In this document: positions 10,903 through 21,860 of the stretch, one piece after another
Numbering within the stretch: position 1 is the stretch's first letter
Layout of the letters: every line of letters starts with the position of its first letter
The notes under the pieces: model-generated
The model's database searches: none
What the model saw: only the letters and a program-made list of their open reading frames with translations
What the model was told of the DNA's origin: nothing
Assembly (NCBI GenBank): GCA_963831685.1
Contig: CAWHRJ010000014.1
Coordinates: forward strand, 94,612-158,611
DNA: 64,000 bases
Reading direction: 5' to 3'
From: an uncultured Pseudomonadota bacterium
GTDB taxonomy: Bacteria > Myxococcota_A > Polyangia > Fen-1088
Program-made: the position numbers and the translations under genes

Positions 10903-12395
10903 ATGGGAAAGCTGACCGGCTTCATGGAGTACGAGCGGCAGCAGCCGCCGGATCGCAGATCCGCAAGCTGCGCGTGCGCGACTGGAACGAGTTCCACGAC
11001 CACCTCCCCGAGACGACGCTGCAAGGAGCAAGGGCGCGCGCTGCATGGACTGCGGCGTTCCCTTCTGTCACACGGGGACGGTGCTGGCGGGCGGCGCCTC
11101 GGGCTGCCCGATCAACAACCTGATCCCGGAGTGGAACGACCTCGTCTACCGCGGCCAGTGGCGCGAGGCGCTCACGCGGCTGCACAAGACCAACAACTTC
11201 CCCGAGTTCACCGGGCGCGTCTGTCCGGCGCCCTGCGAGGGCTCGTGCGTGCTCGGCATCAACGAGCCGGCGGTCACCATCAAGAGCATCGAGTTCGCCA
11301 TCATCGACAAGGGCTTCGAAGAGGGGTGGGTCGTTGCCGAGCCGCCGCTCGAAGCGCACCGGCAAGACGGTCGCCGTCGTCGGCTCGGGCCCGGCCGGGC
11401 TCGCCTGCGCGGCGCAGCTCAACCGCGCCGGCCACACGGTGACGGTGTTCGAGCGCGACGACCGCATCGGCGGCCTGCTGATGTACGGCATCCCGCCCAT
11501 GAAGCTGGAGAAGCACGTCGTCGACCGGCGCGTCAAGCTGCTCGCCGAGGAGGGCGTCGAAGTTCGTGACCGAACGCGTGGATCGGCAAGAACTACCCGA
11601 CGGAGAAGCTGCGCACCTGGCTTCGACGCCATCGTCCTCGCGGGCGGCGCCACGCGGCGCGCGACCTGCCCGGTCGAGGGGCGCAATCTCTCGGGCGTCC
11701 ACTTCGCCATGGAGTTCCTGCTCAAGAGCTGCAAGAGCCTGCTCGACAGCAACTTCGCCGACGGCCAGTACATCGGCGCCAAGGGCAAGAACGTCATCGT
11801 CATCGGCGGCGGCGACACCGGCACCGACTGCGTCGGCACGTCGCTGCGCCACGGGTGCAAGAGCCTGGTGCAGTTCGAGATCCTGCCGCGCCCGCCGACG
11901 CTGCGCGCCGCGGACAACCCCTGGCCGCAGTGGCCGCGCGTCTACAAGATCGACTACGGGCAGGAGGAAGCGGCGGCCTTGTTCGGCGCCGACCCACGCA
12001 CGTACGTGACGGTGACCAAGGGCCTGGTCGGTGACTCCGCCGGCAACGTGAAGGAGCTGCACACCGTCGAGGTCGAGTGGGTGAAGAACGGCGACGGCCG
12101 GCTCAACATGAAGGAGAAGCCCGGGACCGAACGCGCCTGGCCGGCGGAGCTGGTGCTGCTGGCGATGGGCTTCGTCGGTCCCGAGAAGGCGGGCCTGCTC
12201 GGCGACTTGGGCGTCGCGCTCGATCCGCGCGGCAACGTCGCCGTCGACGGTGAGAAGGCGACCAGCGTCCCCGGCGTGTTCGCCGCCGGCGACATGTCGC
12301 GCGGCCAGTCGCTGATCGTCTGGGCCATTGCTGAAGGTCGCGCCGCCGCACAGGGCGTCGACCGCTACTTGATGGGCGAGACGTTACTGCCGTAG
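10903..12395 (+). CDS. gltD: Glutamate synthase small (NADPH) subunit; multiple frameshifts
   Basis: Starts [12 protein letters not shown], the conserved GltD N-terminus. Fe-S Cys cluster (CPAPCEGSC) and FAD/NAD GXGXXG motifs ([21 protein letters not shown]) are present. Homology jumps between three frames (ORFs 10729.., 11045.., 11334.., 11566..). Confidence 0.75.
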
Positions 12396-12695
12396 CGCCA
12401 CTCACGCTTCTTGGAAGGGCGCGCGGGCGCGGGCCCATCGAGCTGCTGGCCGCCCACCGATGCCGTGACCAGGGGACGGCGCTCCGAATCGAGCGCGCAA
12501 TCAAGCGGTTGTCTCGCTCCGAAAAACTGGAAGCGGCGGCCGACGGACGACGCTGGGCGGCGATCGCTCGCCGCGCCCGCACGCAGACACACCTCAGGCG
12601 ATAGCGCCCGACATGTGGCTGTTAATCCTCCCGATTTGTTTCGGTCTTATCATTTGTGCGCGCAACGGGAATTTACCAGCGCTATCGTGCGCAGC

Positions 12696-15500
12696 ATGAA
12701 GCTCTCCCGTTGCTTAGGTGTATCGGCGGTCGTTTTGGGGCTCATCGTCGGCGGATGCGCTGGTGTGAAGCAGATGCCCGGCGGCACCGGCAGCGGCGGC
12801 AGTGGCAACGGCAAGGGCGGGAGCAACGGCAGCGGCGGTAGCCACGGGAACATCGACGCATCGGTCGACCTCCCGTCGACGATCGGCACGACGTGCGGCA
12901 ACGGCCAGCTCGACGACGGCGAGAAGTGCGACGACGGCAACAAGAACGGCGGCGACGGCTGCACGCCGCTGTGCCAGATCGAGAACGGCTGGATCTGCCC
13001 CGACGGCCCCGGGAACCCCTGCAAGCGCAACGCGATCTGCGGCGACGGAAAGCTGACGCCGCCCGAGGCGTGCGACGACGGGAACATGACCAACGGCGAC
13101 GGCTGCTCGAGCGATTGCAAGATGATCGAGACCGGCTGGCGCTGCCCGGTGCCCGGAAGGGCCTGCATCCCGATCTGCGGCGACAACGTGATCGAGGGGA
13201 GCGAGACCTGCGACGACGGGAACACGACCGCCGGCGACGGTTGCTCGCCGACCTGTCAGGCGGAGCCCGGCGCCAGCTGCCCGACGAGCAACAACAAACC
13301 CACCAACGGAAAATGCACCATTGCCGTCTGCGGCGACGGCATGGTGGGCGCCGGCGAGTCCTGTGACTGCGGCACCGATCCGACGAAGCTCCCCTCGGGC
13401 TGCACCGGACCCAACGGCCTCTTCAACGGCGACGGGACCGGCTGCTCGAAGACCTGCACTCAAGAACCGAAGTGCCGCGACTCCTCGGGCAAGACGGGCG
13501 CCTGCTCGACGACCTGCGGGAACGGCAACATCGAGCCGGGCGAGGAGTGCGACGACGGCAACGGGGTCAGCGGCGATGGCTGCTCGAGCAGCTGCAAGAA
13601 GGAGGACGGCTTCAGCTGCGAGACCAAGCAGAAGTCGGACGCTCAGGACTGCGTGCAAGGCCTCAATCAAGGCGAGCAGTGCCTCGAGCTGCCGGTCAAG
13701 TACCGCGACTTCAAGAACGAGAGCGTCTCCGGCGGTCATCCCGACTTCTTCTTCTATGGCGCCTCGATCCCGAACCCGATCACGGTCAACTCGATCACCC
13801 ACGGGAGCATCTCGTTCAAGCAGCGCTACTGCGTCCCCAACTCGGCGGGCCCCGCGCGCAAGAACGACTCGACCGCCCGCTGCTGGGATCTGGCCCAGGC
13901 GAACCTGGACGCGAACGGCCGGCCGGCCTTCAACAGCTCGCGCACGGGCGGTACGACCTGCGACTGCCAGTTCACCGACTGGAGCCACAACGGCGGCAGC
14001 AACAACATCGTCCCCGGTTACGGCGACGCGACCTCGGCGGGGCGTCCGCTCAGCGGCATCGCGTACGTCAACTCGGGCAACGCCCTCGGCTCCCCCTGGT
14101 ACCAGGGCCCGGCGCCCGTCGTGAGCGGCACCGGGACCACGTTCGGCCAGTGGTGGGCCGACGGGACATACGAAAGTGATGGGTCGACGGCCAACAAGCA
14201 CGCCATCGGCATCCTCGAGCTCGGCCCGGTGACAGGCGGCACGGCGACGAACCTCTACCGGTTCTCGAGCGCGCCGCACAGCGTGTGGGGTGGCTTCTAC
14301 CCGCTCGATCCGACCGCCAACAACTTCCCGATCTACTCGCTGACCGGCAGCTCCAGCGGGCCGGGGACGGTGAAGACGTCGGCGGCGGCCTGGTCCGAGC
14401 CGCTGCTCTGCAACATCTGGCCGTACTGGTACAGCTCGTCTGGGTTCGGCGCGGGCAACGGCTGCATGGCCACCCAGTACGTCTTCGCGCCCGCCTATGG
14501 CCCCACCATCACCTCCGATCCGGGGGCCTGGTTCGGGATGAACATCAACGGCGGCAACATCACGAACGCGCAGGGCTGGTACCACGACTCGTGGTTCTCC
14601 GTCGAGGCGCGCTACCTGTTCGCCTTCACCGGGGCGTTCGACCTGCAGTTCTTCGGCGACGACGACACGTTCGTGTTCGTCAACGGCGTCCTGATGATCG
14701 ACCTCGGCGGCGTCCACCAGCGGCTGCCGGGCAAGGTGCACGTGAACGCCGACGGCAGCGCCACGACCCAGGAGGGCGGCAACATCTACATGGCCTGCTC
14801 GGGCTCGACGAACTGCCCGGTGATCCCGGCCGGCTCCCAGGTGGGCGACATCGTCCCCTGCACCGGCGCCGATCCGGTGACCAACGTGAAGTTCAACTCG
14901 ACCTGCAAGAGCGGCACGACCTGTGACTGCCGGACGCGCACCTTCACGGCGGGCCAGACAGGTCTGACGCCGCCCACGGCGGCGAACGCGCCGGCCAACA
15001 CCTACGAGATCGCGGTGTTCACCCGGGACGGCCACCCGACGGAGTCGAACTTCCAGCTGACTCTGAGCGGATTCGGTACGAACCAGACGCAGTGCGGTCC
15101 CACCTGCGGCGACGGGGTCAAGACCGGCGGCGAGGAGTGCGACTGTGGCAATTCGGGCACGACGGGGCAGGACGCCTCCTGCAACGGCATGAACAACGAC
15201 GACAACGCCTACAACGGCTGCACGACCTCGTGCACCTACGGACCGTTCTGCGGTGACGGCACGACAAACGGCCCCGAGCAGTGCGACGACGGCAACAACA
15301 ACGGGGTGCCGTACACGCAAAAGTGCAACAGCGGCGGCTGCAGCGCGACCTGCACGTACCCGAGCTGCTGCGGCGACGGCGTCGTCGACGCCGATGAGGG
15401 CGAGCAGTGCGATCTGGGCAACAACAACGGACCGAACTCGGCCTGTTCGACCACCTGCCAGCTTCAGATCTGCATCGAGAACTGCAACAAGGGCGGCTAG
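12696..15500 (+). CDS. Large secreted lipoprotein with multiple Myxococcales Cys-rich repeats and a PA14-like domain
   Basis: Lipoprotein signal MKLSRCLGVSAVVLGLIVGGC. At least 8 repeats of the CGDG.-x-GE.CDDGN..GDGCS..C type at both ends. Central FTGAFDLQFFGDDDTFVFVNGVLMIDLGGVHQ matches a PA14 signature. Start chosen at the internal ATG preceded by an AT-rich leader. Confidence 0.8.
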   Translation: MKLSRCLGVSAVVLGLIVGGCAGVKQMPGGTGSGGSGNGKGGSNGSGGSHGNIDASVDLPSTIGTTCGNGQLDDGEKCDDGNKNGGDGCTPLCQIENGWICPDGPGNPCKRNAICGDGKLTPPEACDDGNMTNGDGCSSDCKMIETGWRCPVPGRACIPICGDNVIEGSETCDDGNTTAGDGCSPTCQAEPGASCPTSNNKPTNGKCTIAVCGDGMVGAGESCDCGTDPTKLPSGCTGPNGLFNGDGTGCSKTCTQEPKCRDSSGKTGACSTTCGNGNIEPGEECDDGNGVSGDGCSSSCKKEDGFSCETKQKSDAQDCVQGLNQGEQCLELPVKYRDFKNESVSGGHPDFFFYGASIPNPITVNSITHGSISFKQRYCVPNSAGPARKNDSTARCWDLAQANLDANGRPAFNSSRTGGTTCDCQFTDWSHNGGSNNIVPGYGDATSAGRPLSGIAYVNSGNALGSPWYQGPAPVVSGTGTTFGQWWADGTYESDGSTANKHAIGILELGPVTGGTATNLYRFSSAPHSVWGGFYPLDPTANNFPIYSLTGSSSGPGTVKTSAAAWSEPLLCNIWPYWYSSSGFGAGNGCMATQYVFAPAYGPTITSDPGAWFGMNINGGNITNAQGWYHDSWFSVEARYLFAFTGAFDLQFFGDDDTFVFVNGVLMIDLGGVHQRLPGKVHVNADGSATTQEGGNIYMACSGSTNCPVIPAGSQVGDIVPCTGADPVTNVKFNSTCKSGTTCDCRTRTFTAGQTGLTPPTAANAPANTYEIAVFTRDGHPTESNFQLTLSGFGTNQTQCGPTCGDGVKTGGEECDCGNSGTTGQDASCNGMNNDDNAYNGCTTSCTYGPFCGDGTTNGPEQCDDGNNNGVPYTQKCNSGGCSATCTYPSCCGDGVVDADEGEQCDLGNNNGPNSACSTTCQLQICIENCNKGG

Positions 15501-15584
15501 CGGGGCGTTGCCGCCCGGAGGCGGCCTAGTCCCCCGGGCCAGCTGATTTTTTGACGCCCGGGCCGGGGGGCCGACAATGGGCGG

Positions 15585-16401
15585 GTGACGGTCTCACCGG
15601 CCCTTTCTCTAGCCTCGACCGCGGGAGCACGACGGCCCGAGGCCTTCGACCTCAAGGGGACGATGGCCTCCTTCACGGTGCTGCGGCTGCGCAGCACCGA
15701 CGTCGAGCTGTGCGAGCGGCAGCTGCGGGTCAAGACCGCGCAGCTCCCCAGCCTGTTTCTCGACGCGCCGGTGCTGCGTCAATCTGGGCGCGCTGGGCGA
15801 GGAAGCCGCCTCGCTGCCGTTCGCCGAGCTGGTGCGCGCGATGCGCGCCTGCAAGCTGGTCCCGGTCGCGGCGGCCAACGTCCCCGACGAGCTGCGCGGC
15901 GCCGTCTCGGAGGCGGGCCTGGGCCTCTGGCGGGCGCCCCTCGGGGGACGCCCCCGCGCCGCCCCCGAGCCTGACGCCGAAACGCCGGCGCCGGAGCCGG
16001 CGTCCGAGCTGGCGACGCCGGTCACAGCGCCGGTCACAGCACCGGTCTTGGCGCCCGTCGCGCGCGCGCCGTTCGCCGGGCCGATGGTGGTGACGAAGCC
16101 GGTGCGCGGCGGTCAGGTCATTCACGCGCGCGACAACGATCTCGTCATCCTGGCGCCGGTGAACCCGGGCGCGCAGGTGATCGCCGACGGCCACCTGCAC
16201 GTCTACGCGCCCCTCCGTGGCCGCGCGGTGGCGGGTGCGTCGGGGCTGCCGGGCGCGCGAATCTTCTGCCAAAAGCTGGAGGCCGAGCTGGTGGCGGTCG
16301 CCGGCGCCTACGTCATGGCCGACGAGATCCCCGCCGAGCTTCGCGGCCGCCCGGCGCAGGTCTTTCTCGAGGACGGCCAGTGCCGGATCGTTCCGCTTTG
16401 A
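15585..16401 (+). CDS. minC: Septum site-determining protein MinC (one frameshift near 15785)
   Basis: N-terminal FDLKGTMASFTVLRL matches the MinC N-domain. C-terminal beta-helix (LVILAPVNPGAQVIADGHLHVYAPLRGRAVAG...ARIFCQKLEAELVAVAG). The two halves are in different frames (ORFs 15585.. and 15832..). GTG start. Confidence 0.8.
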
Positions 16402-16406
16402 AGATG

Positions 16407-16445
16407 GGAACCCTGAGAGGGTTCCCAAGCCCTCCCGCGAGGAGC
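16407..16445. repeat. Structured repeat element copy A (hairpin GGGAACCCT-GAG-AGGGTTCCC, then GCCCTCCCGCGA, then a second hairpin)
   Basis: A near-identical element occurs at 39961-39999. Lies in the minC-minD intergenic region. Confidence 0.5.
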
Positions 16446-16561
16446 TCCGACGGGCGAAGCCCGTCTCCGCTCACGCGCCGTAGAAACTGACACAAAAAAT
16501 TTGGCGTCGGCGCGGAACGCCCGTTGAATGGAACCAGGCAGAAGTATCAAGGAGGCAGCCC

Positions 16562-17380
16562 TTGTCGAACGTGTCCAAAGTCGTCGTCGTCACCTCCGGT
16601 AAGGGAGGGGTCGGCAAGACCACCACCAGCGCGAACATCGCGACCGGCATCGCCCAGCAGGGGAAGAAGACCGTCGCCATCGACTTCGACGTCGGGCTGC
16701 GAAACCTGGATCTCGTGATGGGGTGCGAGCGGCGGGTGGTCTACGACTTCGTCAACGTCATCCGGAACGAGGCCAAGCTGCACCAGGCCCTCATCCGCGA
16801 CAAGAGGGTGGAGAACCTGTACGTGCTGCCGGCCTCGCAGACGCGCGACAAGGACGCCCTCGACGCCGAGGGGGTCGGCCGCGTCATCGACGAGCTCAAG
16901 CAGGCTGGGTTCGAGTACATCATCTGCGACTCGCCGGCGGGCATCGAGAAGGGTGCGCAGATGGCGATGTACTTCGCCGACGAGGCGATCGTCGTCACCA
17001 ACCCCGAGGTCTCGTCGGTGCGCGACTCCAATCGCGTGCTCGGGCTCCTCGCCGCCAAGACCAGCCGCGCCGAGCAGGGCGGGCCGGGCATCCGCACCCA
17101 CCTCCTGCTCACCCGCTACTCGCCGATGATGGTGAAGCGCGGCGAGATGCTGAGCGTGGGCGACGTGCTCGAGCTGCTCGGGATCCCGCTGCTGGGCGTG
17201 ATCCCCGAGTCGAAGGCGGTGCTGCAGTCGTCGAACAAGGGCGCGCCCGCCATCCTCGATGAGACGACCGACGTGGCGCAGGCCTACCTCGACGTGGTCT
17301 ACCGCTACCTCGGCCAGGAGCGGGAGCATCGGTTCATCGAAGAAGAAAAGCGCGGCTTCTTCGGCCGCCTGTTCGGCTAA
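16562..17380 (+). CDS. minD: Septum site-determining ATPase MinD
   Basis: Deviant Walker A (VVTSGKGGVGKTT), full-length ParA/MinD family. An AAGGAGG Shine-Dalgarno sequence lies upstream of the TTG start. Confidence 0.9.
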   Translation: MSNVSKVVVVTSGKGGVGKTTTSANIATGIAQQGKKTVAIDFDVGLRNLDLVMGCERRVVYDFVNVIRNEAKLHQALIRDKRVENLYVLPASQTRDKDALDAEGVGRVIDELKQAGFEYIICDSPAGIEKGAQMAMYFADEAIVVTNPEVSSVRDSNRVLGLLAAKTSRAEQGGPGIRTHLLLTRYSPMMVKRGEMLSVGDVLELLGIPLLGVIPESKAVLQSSNKGAPAILDETTDVAQAYLDVVYRYLGQEREHRFIEEEKRGFFGRLFG

Positions 17381-17400
17381 CTGTCCGAAGGAGAGTCCAC

Positions 17401-17700
17401 ATGGCGTTCCTCGACTACTTCCGGAGGGCTCCCAAGAGCGCGTCGCTGGCCAAGGATCGGCTGTCGATCATCGTCGCGCGCGAGCGTGCGACCACGCGCG
17501 GCGGCGCCGACTACCTGCCCCAGCTACAGCAGGAGCTGCTGGCCGTCATCGCCCGCTACGAGAACATCGATCTCTCGAACGTGACCGTCAACCTGGACAA
17601 GAGCGGCGGTTGCGAGGTGCTCGAGCTCAACATCCAGATCCCCGACGGCCCGCCGCCGACCCCGCCGCGCCCGTCGCCGCCCGCGCTCGCGCAGTCGTAG
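17401..17700 (+). CDS. minE: Cell division topological specificity factor MinE
   Basis: 99 aa, N-terminal MAFLDYFRR. Conserved MinE core (ERLSIIVAR, LQQELLAVIARY). Directly follows minD. Confidence 0.85.
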   Translation: MAFLDYFRRAPKSASLAKDRLSIIVARERATTRGGADYLPQLQQELLAVIARYENIDLSNVTVNLDKSGGCEVLELNIQIPDGPPPTPPRPSPPALAQS

Positions 17701-17729
17701 CCAGCAAGCCCCCTCGCTTCGACGGCGCG

Positions 17730-17758
17730 TTGACGCCGCTGGAGGCCCCGGTTATCGT
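17730..17758 (+). promoter_or_regulatory. Candidate sigma-70-type promoter (TTGACG-N17-TATCGT) upstream of the MFS permease gene
   Basis: A -35 TTGACG at 17730-17735, a 17-bp spacer and a -10 TATCGT at 17753-17758, about 40 bp upstream of the ATG at 17799. Confidence 0.3.
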
Positions 17759-17798
17759 TCCCAACCCCGCGCTTTCTGCGCGTGCGTGAAGGGAAACA

Positions 17799-19118
17799 AT
17801 GGCCGGATCCGCCCCCGTCGCCCCGCTCGATCGCGTCACCGCGCCCTCGGCCGGTCAGGGGAAGAACTACAACGCCCCGCTGGCGGTGCTGACCACCCTC
17901 TTCTTCATGTGGGGGTTCCTCACCTGCCTGAACGACATCATCATCCCGCACCTCAAGGCGGTGTTCGAGCTGAACTACGCCAAGGCGATGCTGATCCAGT
18001 TCGCCTTCTTCACCGCCTACTTCGTCGTGTCGCTGCCGTCCGGTAAGATCGTCACCCGCCTCGGCTACAAGAACGGGATCCTGATCGGCCTCGGCACGAT
18101 GACCGTGGGCTGCCTGCTGTTCTACCCGGCGGCCGGCGTGCGCTCGTACAACCTGTTCCTGCTCGCGCTGTTCGTGCTGGCCTCGGGGATCACGCTGCTG
18201 CAGGTGGCGGCGAACCCGTTCGTGGCGGTGCTGGGGAAGCCCGAGACGGCGTCGTCGCGCCTCACGCTGACCCAGGCGTTCAACTCACTGGGGACGACGA
18301 TCGCACCGCTGTTCGGTTCCCTCTTGATCCTGTCGACCGCCGCCAAGTCGTCGGCCCAGATCGCCCAGATGAGCCCCTCGGCGGCCGACGCGTACCGTCT
18401 GGCCGAGGCGTCGTCGGTGCAGCACCCGTATCTCCTTTTGGCAGGGGCGCTCGTGCTGCTGGCCGTCGCCATCGCGGCGTTCAAGCTTCCCCGGATCGAG
18501 GACGTCACGCCGGCCGCCGACGCCGGTGCCGGCTCGGATCGCAAGAGCGCCTGGAGCTATCGCCATTTGGTGCTGGGTGCCGTGGCGATCTTCGTCTACG
18601 TCGGCGGCGAGGTCGCCATCGGCAGCTTCCTGGTCAACTACTTCAAGGAGCCGTCGATCGGCGGCCTGACCGAATCGGCGGGCGCCAGGCTGGTGTCTTT
18701 CTACTGGGGCGGCGCGATGGTGGGCCGGTTCATCGGAACCATGACCTTGCGCATATGGAAGCCGGCCAAGGTGCTGACGATTCACGCCGTCGTCACGGTC
18801 GGGCTGGTCTTGCTCTCCATGGCCACGCACGGATCGCTCGCCATGTGGTCGATCATCGCAGTGGGGTTTTTCAACTCGATCATGTTCCCGACGATCTTCA
18901 CGCTGGCCATCGAGGGGCTCGGCAAGCACACCAGCCAGGGCTCCGGCATCCTCTGCATGGCGATCGTCGGCGGCGCGATCATCCCGGTCGTGCAGGGCGC
19001 CCTGGCCGACGCGATCGGCATTCACTACGGCTTCGTCGTCGCGGCGGCCTGCTACGTCTACATCGCCTGGTACGGCCTGACCTTTCGGGCGCCCGAGAAG
19101 CCCAAGCTCGTCGCCTGA
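17799..19118 (+). CDS. MFS sugar:H+ symporter, FucP/GluP family
   Basis: 439 aa, 12 predicted TM segments. The N-terminal region ([19 protein letters not shown]) is characteristic of L-fucose/glucose-galactose permeases. Confidence 0.8.
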   Translation: MAGSAPVAPLDRVTAPSAGQGKNYNAPLAVLTTLFFMWGFLTCLNDIIIPHLKAVFELNYAKAMLIQFAFFTAYFVVSLPSGKIVTRLGYKNGILIGLGTMTVGCLLFYPAAGVRSYNLFLLALFVLASGITLLQVAANPFVAVLGKPETASSRLTLTQAFNSLGTTIAPLFGSLLILSTAAKSSAQIAQMSPSAADAYRLAEASSVQHPYLLLAGALVLLAVAIAAFKLPRIEDVTPAADAGAGSDRKSAWSYRHLVLGAVAIFVYVGGEVAIGSFLVNYFKEPSIGGLTESAGARLVSFYWGGAMVGRFIGTMTLRIWKPAKVLTIHAVVTVGLVLLSMATHGSLAMWSIIAVGFFNSIMFPTIFTLAIEGLGKHTSQGSGILCMAIVGGAIIPVVQGALADAIGIHYGFVVAAACYVYIAWYGLTFRAPEKPKLVA

Positions 19119-19158
19119 GCGGCGGGCCACGCGGGCGGCGTGGTATAAGCGCCTCGCT

Positions 19159-20823
19159 GTGAGACGAAGCGACGCGCTGCTGAAGGGGATCAACCGCGCT
19201 CCGGCGCGGGCCATGTTGAAGGCGACCGGGCTCAAGGACGCCGATCTCGACAAGCCGCTCATCGCGGTGGCCAACACCTGGACCGACGCCACGCCGTGCA
19301 ACATGCACCTGCGCGAGCTGGCGGTTCACGTCAAGGAGGGGATCCGCGCCGCCGGTGGGACGCCGATCGAGTTCAACACCGTCGTCGTCTCCGACGGCAT
19401 CAGCATGGGGACCGAGGGGATGCGCGCCTCGCTCGTCTCGCGCGAGGTGATCGCCGATTCGATCGAGCTGGCGGTGCGCGGCGCGATGTGCGACGGCGTG
19501 GTTGCGCTCTCGGGCTGCGACAAGACGATCCCCGGGACGATGATGGCGCTGGCGCGGCTCGACGTGCCGGGTCTGATGCTCTACGGCGGGTCGATCATGC
19601 CGGGCAAGTTCCACGGCAAGGATGTGACGATCCAGGAGGTGTTCGAGGCGGTCGGCGCCTGCGCCGCCGGGCGGATCACCGAGAGCGAATTGCGGGCGCT
19701 CGAGGACGTGGCTTGCCCGGGCGCCGGCGCCTGCGGCGGCCAGTTCACCGCCAACACGATGTCGATGGCGGGCGAGATGCTGGGGATCTCGCCGATGGGG
19801 CTCAACGACATCCCGGCCGTTGATCCACGCAAGAACGCGGCGGCGGTGCGCGCGGGCGAGATCGTCATGCGCCTCGTCGCCGAGGACCTGCGGCCCAGCA
19901 AGATCCTCACCCGGGTGGCGTTCGAGAACGCCATCACGGCGGTCGCCACGACGGCGGGCTCGACCAACGCCGTCCTGCACCTGATGGCGCTGGCCAGGGA
20001 GGCGGGCGTGGCGCTCACGCTCGAGGACTTCGACGCCATCTCGGCGCGCACGCCCACCCTCGCCGATCTCAAGCCGGGCGGGCGTTTCTTCGCCGTCGAT
20101 CTCGACCGCGCCGGCGGCGTGCGCCTGGTGGCCAAGCGGCTGCTCGACGCGGGACTGCTCAAGGACAACCCGACCGTCAACAGCACCGGCATCGTCGCCG
20201 AGGCGAACAAGGCGGAGGAGACGCCGGGGCAGGAGGTCGTGCGCCCGGTGGGCAAGCCGGTCAGCCCGCGCGGCGGCTTCGCCATCATGCGCGGCTCGCT
20301 GTCGCCCGAGGGGTCGGTGGTCAAGCTGGCGGGTCACGATCGCCGCCAGCACCAGGGCCCGGCGCGGGTGTTCGACTCCGAGGAGGCCTGCTTCGCTGCC
20401 GTGCAGCGGCGCGAGATCAAGGCCGGCGACGTGGTCATCATCCGCTACGAGGGTCCCAAGGGCGGGCCCGGGATGCGCGAGATGCTGGCCGTGACCGGCG
20501 CCCTGGTCGGGCAGAAGCTGGACGACAGCGTCGTGCTGCTCACCGACGGGCGGTTCTCCGGCGCCACGCACGGCTTCATGGTCGGCCACGTGGCGCCCGA
20601 GGCGCAGGTGGGCGGGCCCGTCGCCTTCGTGCGCGACGGCGACACGATCACCCTCGACGTCGACAAGCGGACGATCGACATCGACTTCGACCTCGAGGCG
20701 CGCAAGCGCGAGAGCGGCTGGAAGGCGCCGGCACCGCGGTTCCGCACGGGGGTGATGGCCAAGTACGCCGCCGCCGTCTCCTCGGCGGCCGAAGGCGCCG
20801 TCACGCTCCCGGTCTTGCGCTAA
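19159..20823 (+). CDS. ilvD: Dihydroxy-acid dehydratase
   Basis: 554 aa. Contains CDKTIPG and the other Fe-S ligand Cys. Full-length IlvD/EDD family match. Confidence 0.9.
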   Translation: MRRSDALLKGINRAPARAMLKATGLKDADLDKPLIAVANTWTDATPCNMHLRELAVHVKEGIRAAGGTPIEFNTVVVSDGISMGTEGMRASLVSREVIADSIELAVRGAMCDGVVALSGCDKTIPGTMMALARLDVPGLMLYGGSIMPGKFHGKDVTIQEVFEAVGACAAGRITESELRALEDVACPGAGACGGQFTANTMSMAGEMLGISPMGLNDIPAVDPRKNAAAVRAGEIVMRLVAEDLRPSKILTRVAFENAITAVATTAGSTNAVLHLMALAREAGVALTLEDFDAISARTPTLADLKPGGRFFAVDLDRAGGVRLVAKRLLDAGLLKDNPTVNSTGIVAEANKAEETPGQEVVRPVGKPVSPRGGFAIMRGSLSPEGSVVKLAGHDRRQHQGPARVFDSEEACFAAVQRREIKAGDVVIIRYEGPKGGPGMREMLAVTGALVGQKLDDSVVLLTDGRFSGATHGFMVGHVAPEAQVGGPVAFVRDGDTITLDVDKRTIDIDFDLEARKRESGWKAPAPRFRTGVMAKYAAAVSSAAEGAVTLPVLR

Positions 20824-20913
20824 GCGGGCGCTCTCACGATTCGCCACATCTGCGGGCCGCAAACATCCGCGGATTCAAGTGGCTGCGGCCCGCGTAGGGC
20901 AACATCCGCGAAC

Positions 20914-21654
<741 letters not shown>

Positions 21655-21860
21655 GTCCCGTTGTCGGGCGCAGAGCGCGGCGGGTTGCGTGGTGTGAGGC
21701 CGGACGACCGCTGCGACGCGCCGCTCGCGTGACTTGATTCGGCGGAGGTGCGGTCGGCGGGACGCCGATGGGTTGGGCGCGGCGGCGCGCGGACGGCTCG
21801 ACCTTGATTGCGCGGATGTTGGTGCCGCCCACGATGTGACGATTCGTGAGAAGCGGGGCG

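Noticed and set aside
12714-15320. 868-aa minus-strand ORF antisense to the Cys-repeat lipoprotein gene
   Set aside because: Low-complexity Arg/Ala/Gly translation. A high-GC antisense artefact.
15551-15587. TTGACG-N16-GACAAT promoter that would make minC leaderless
   Set aside because: The -10 match is weak, and the minC start codon itself is uncertain because of the nearby frameshift.
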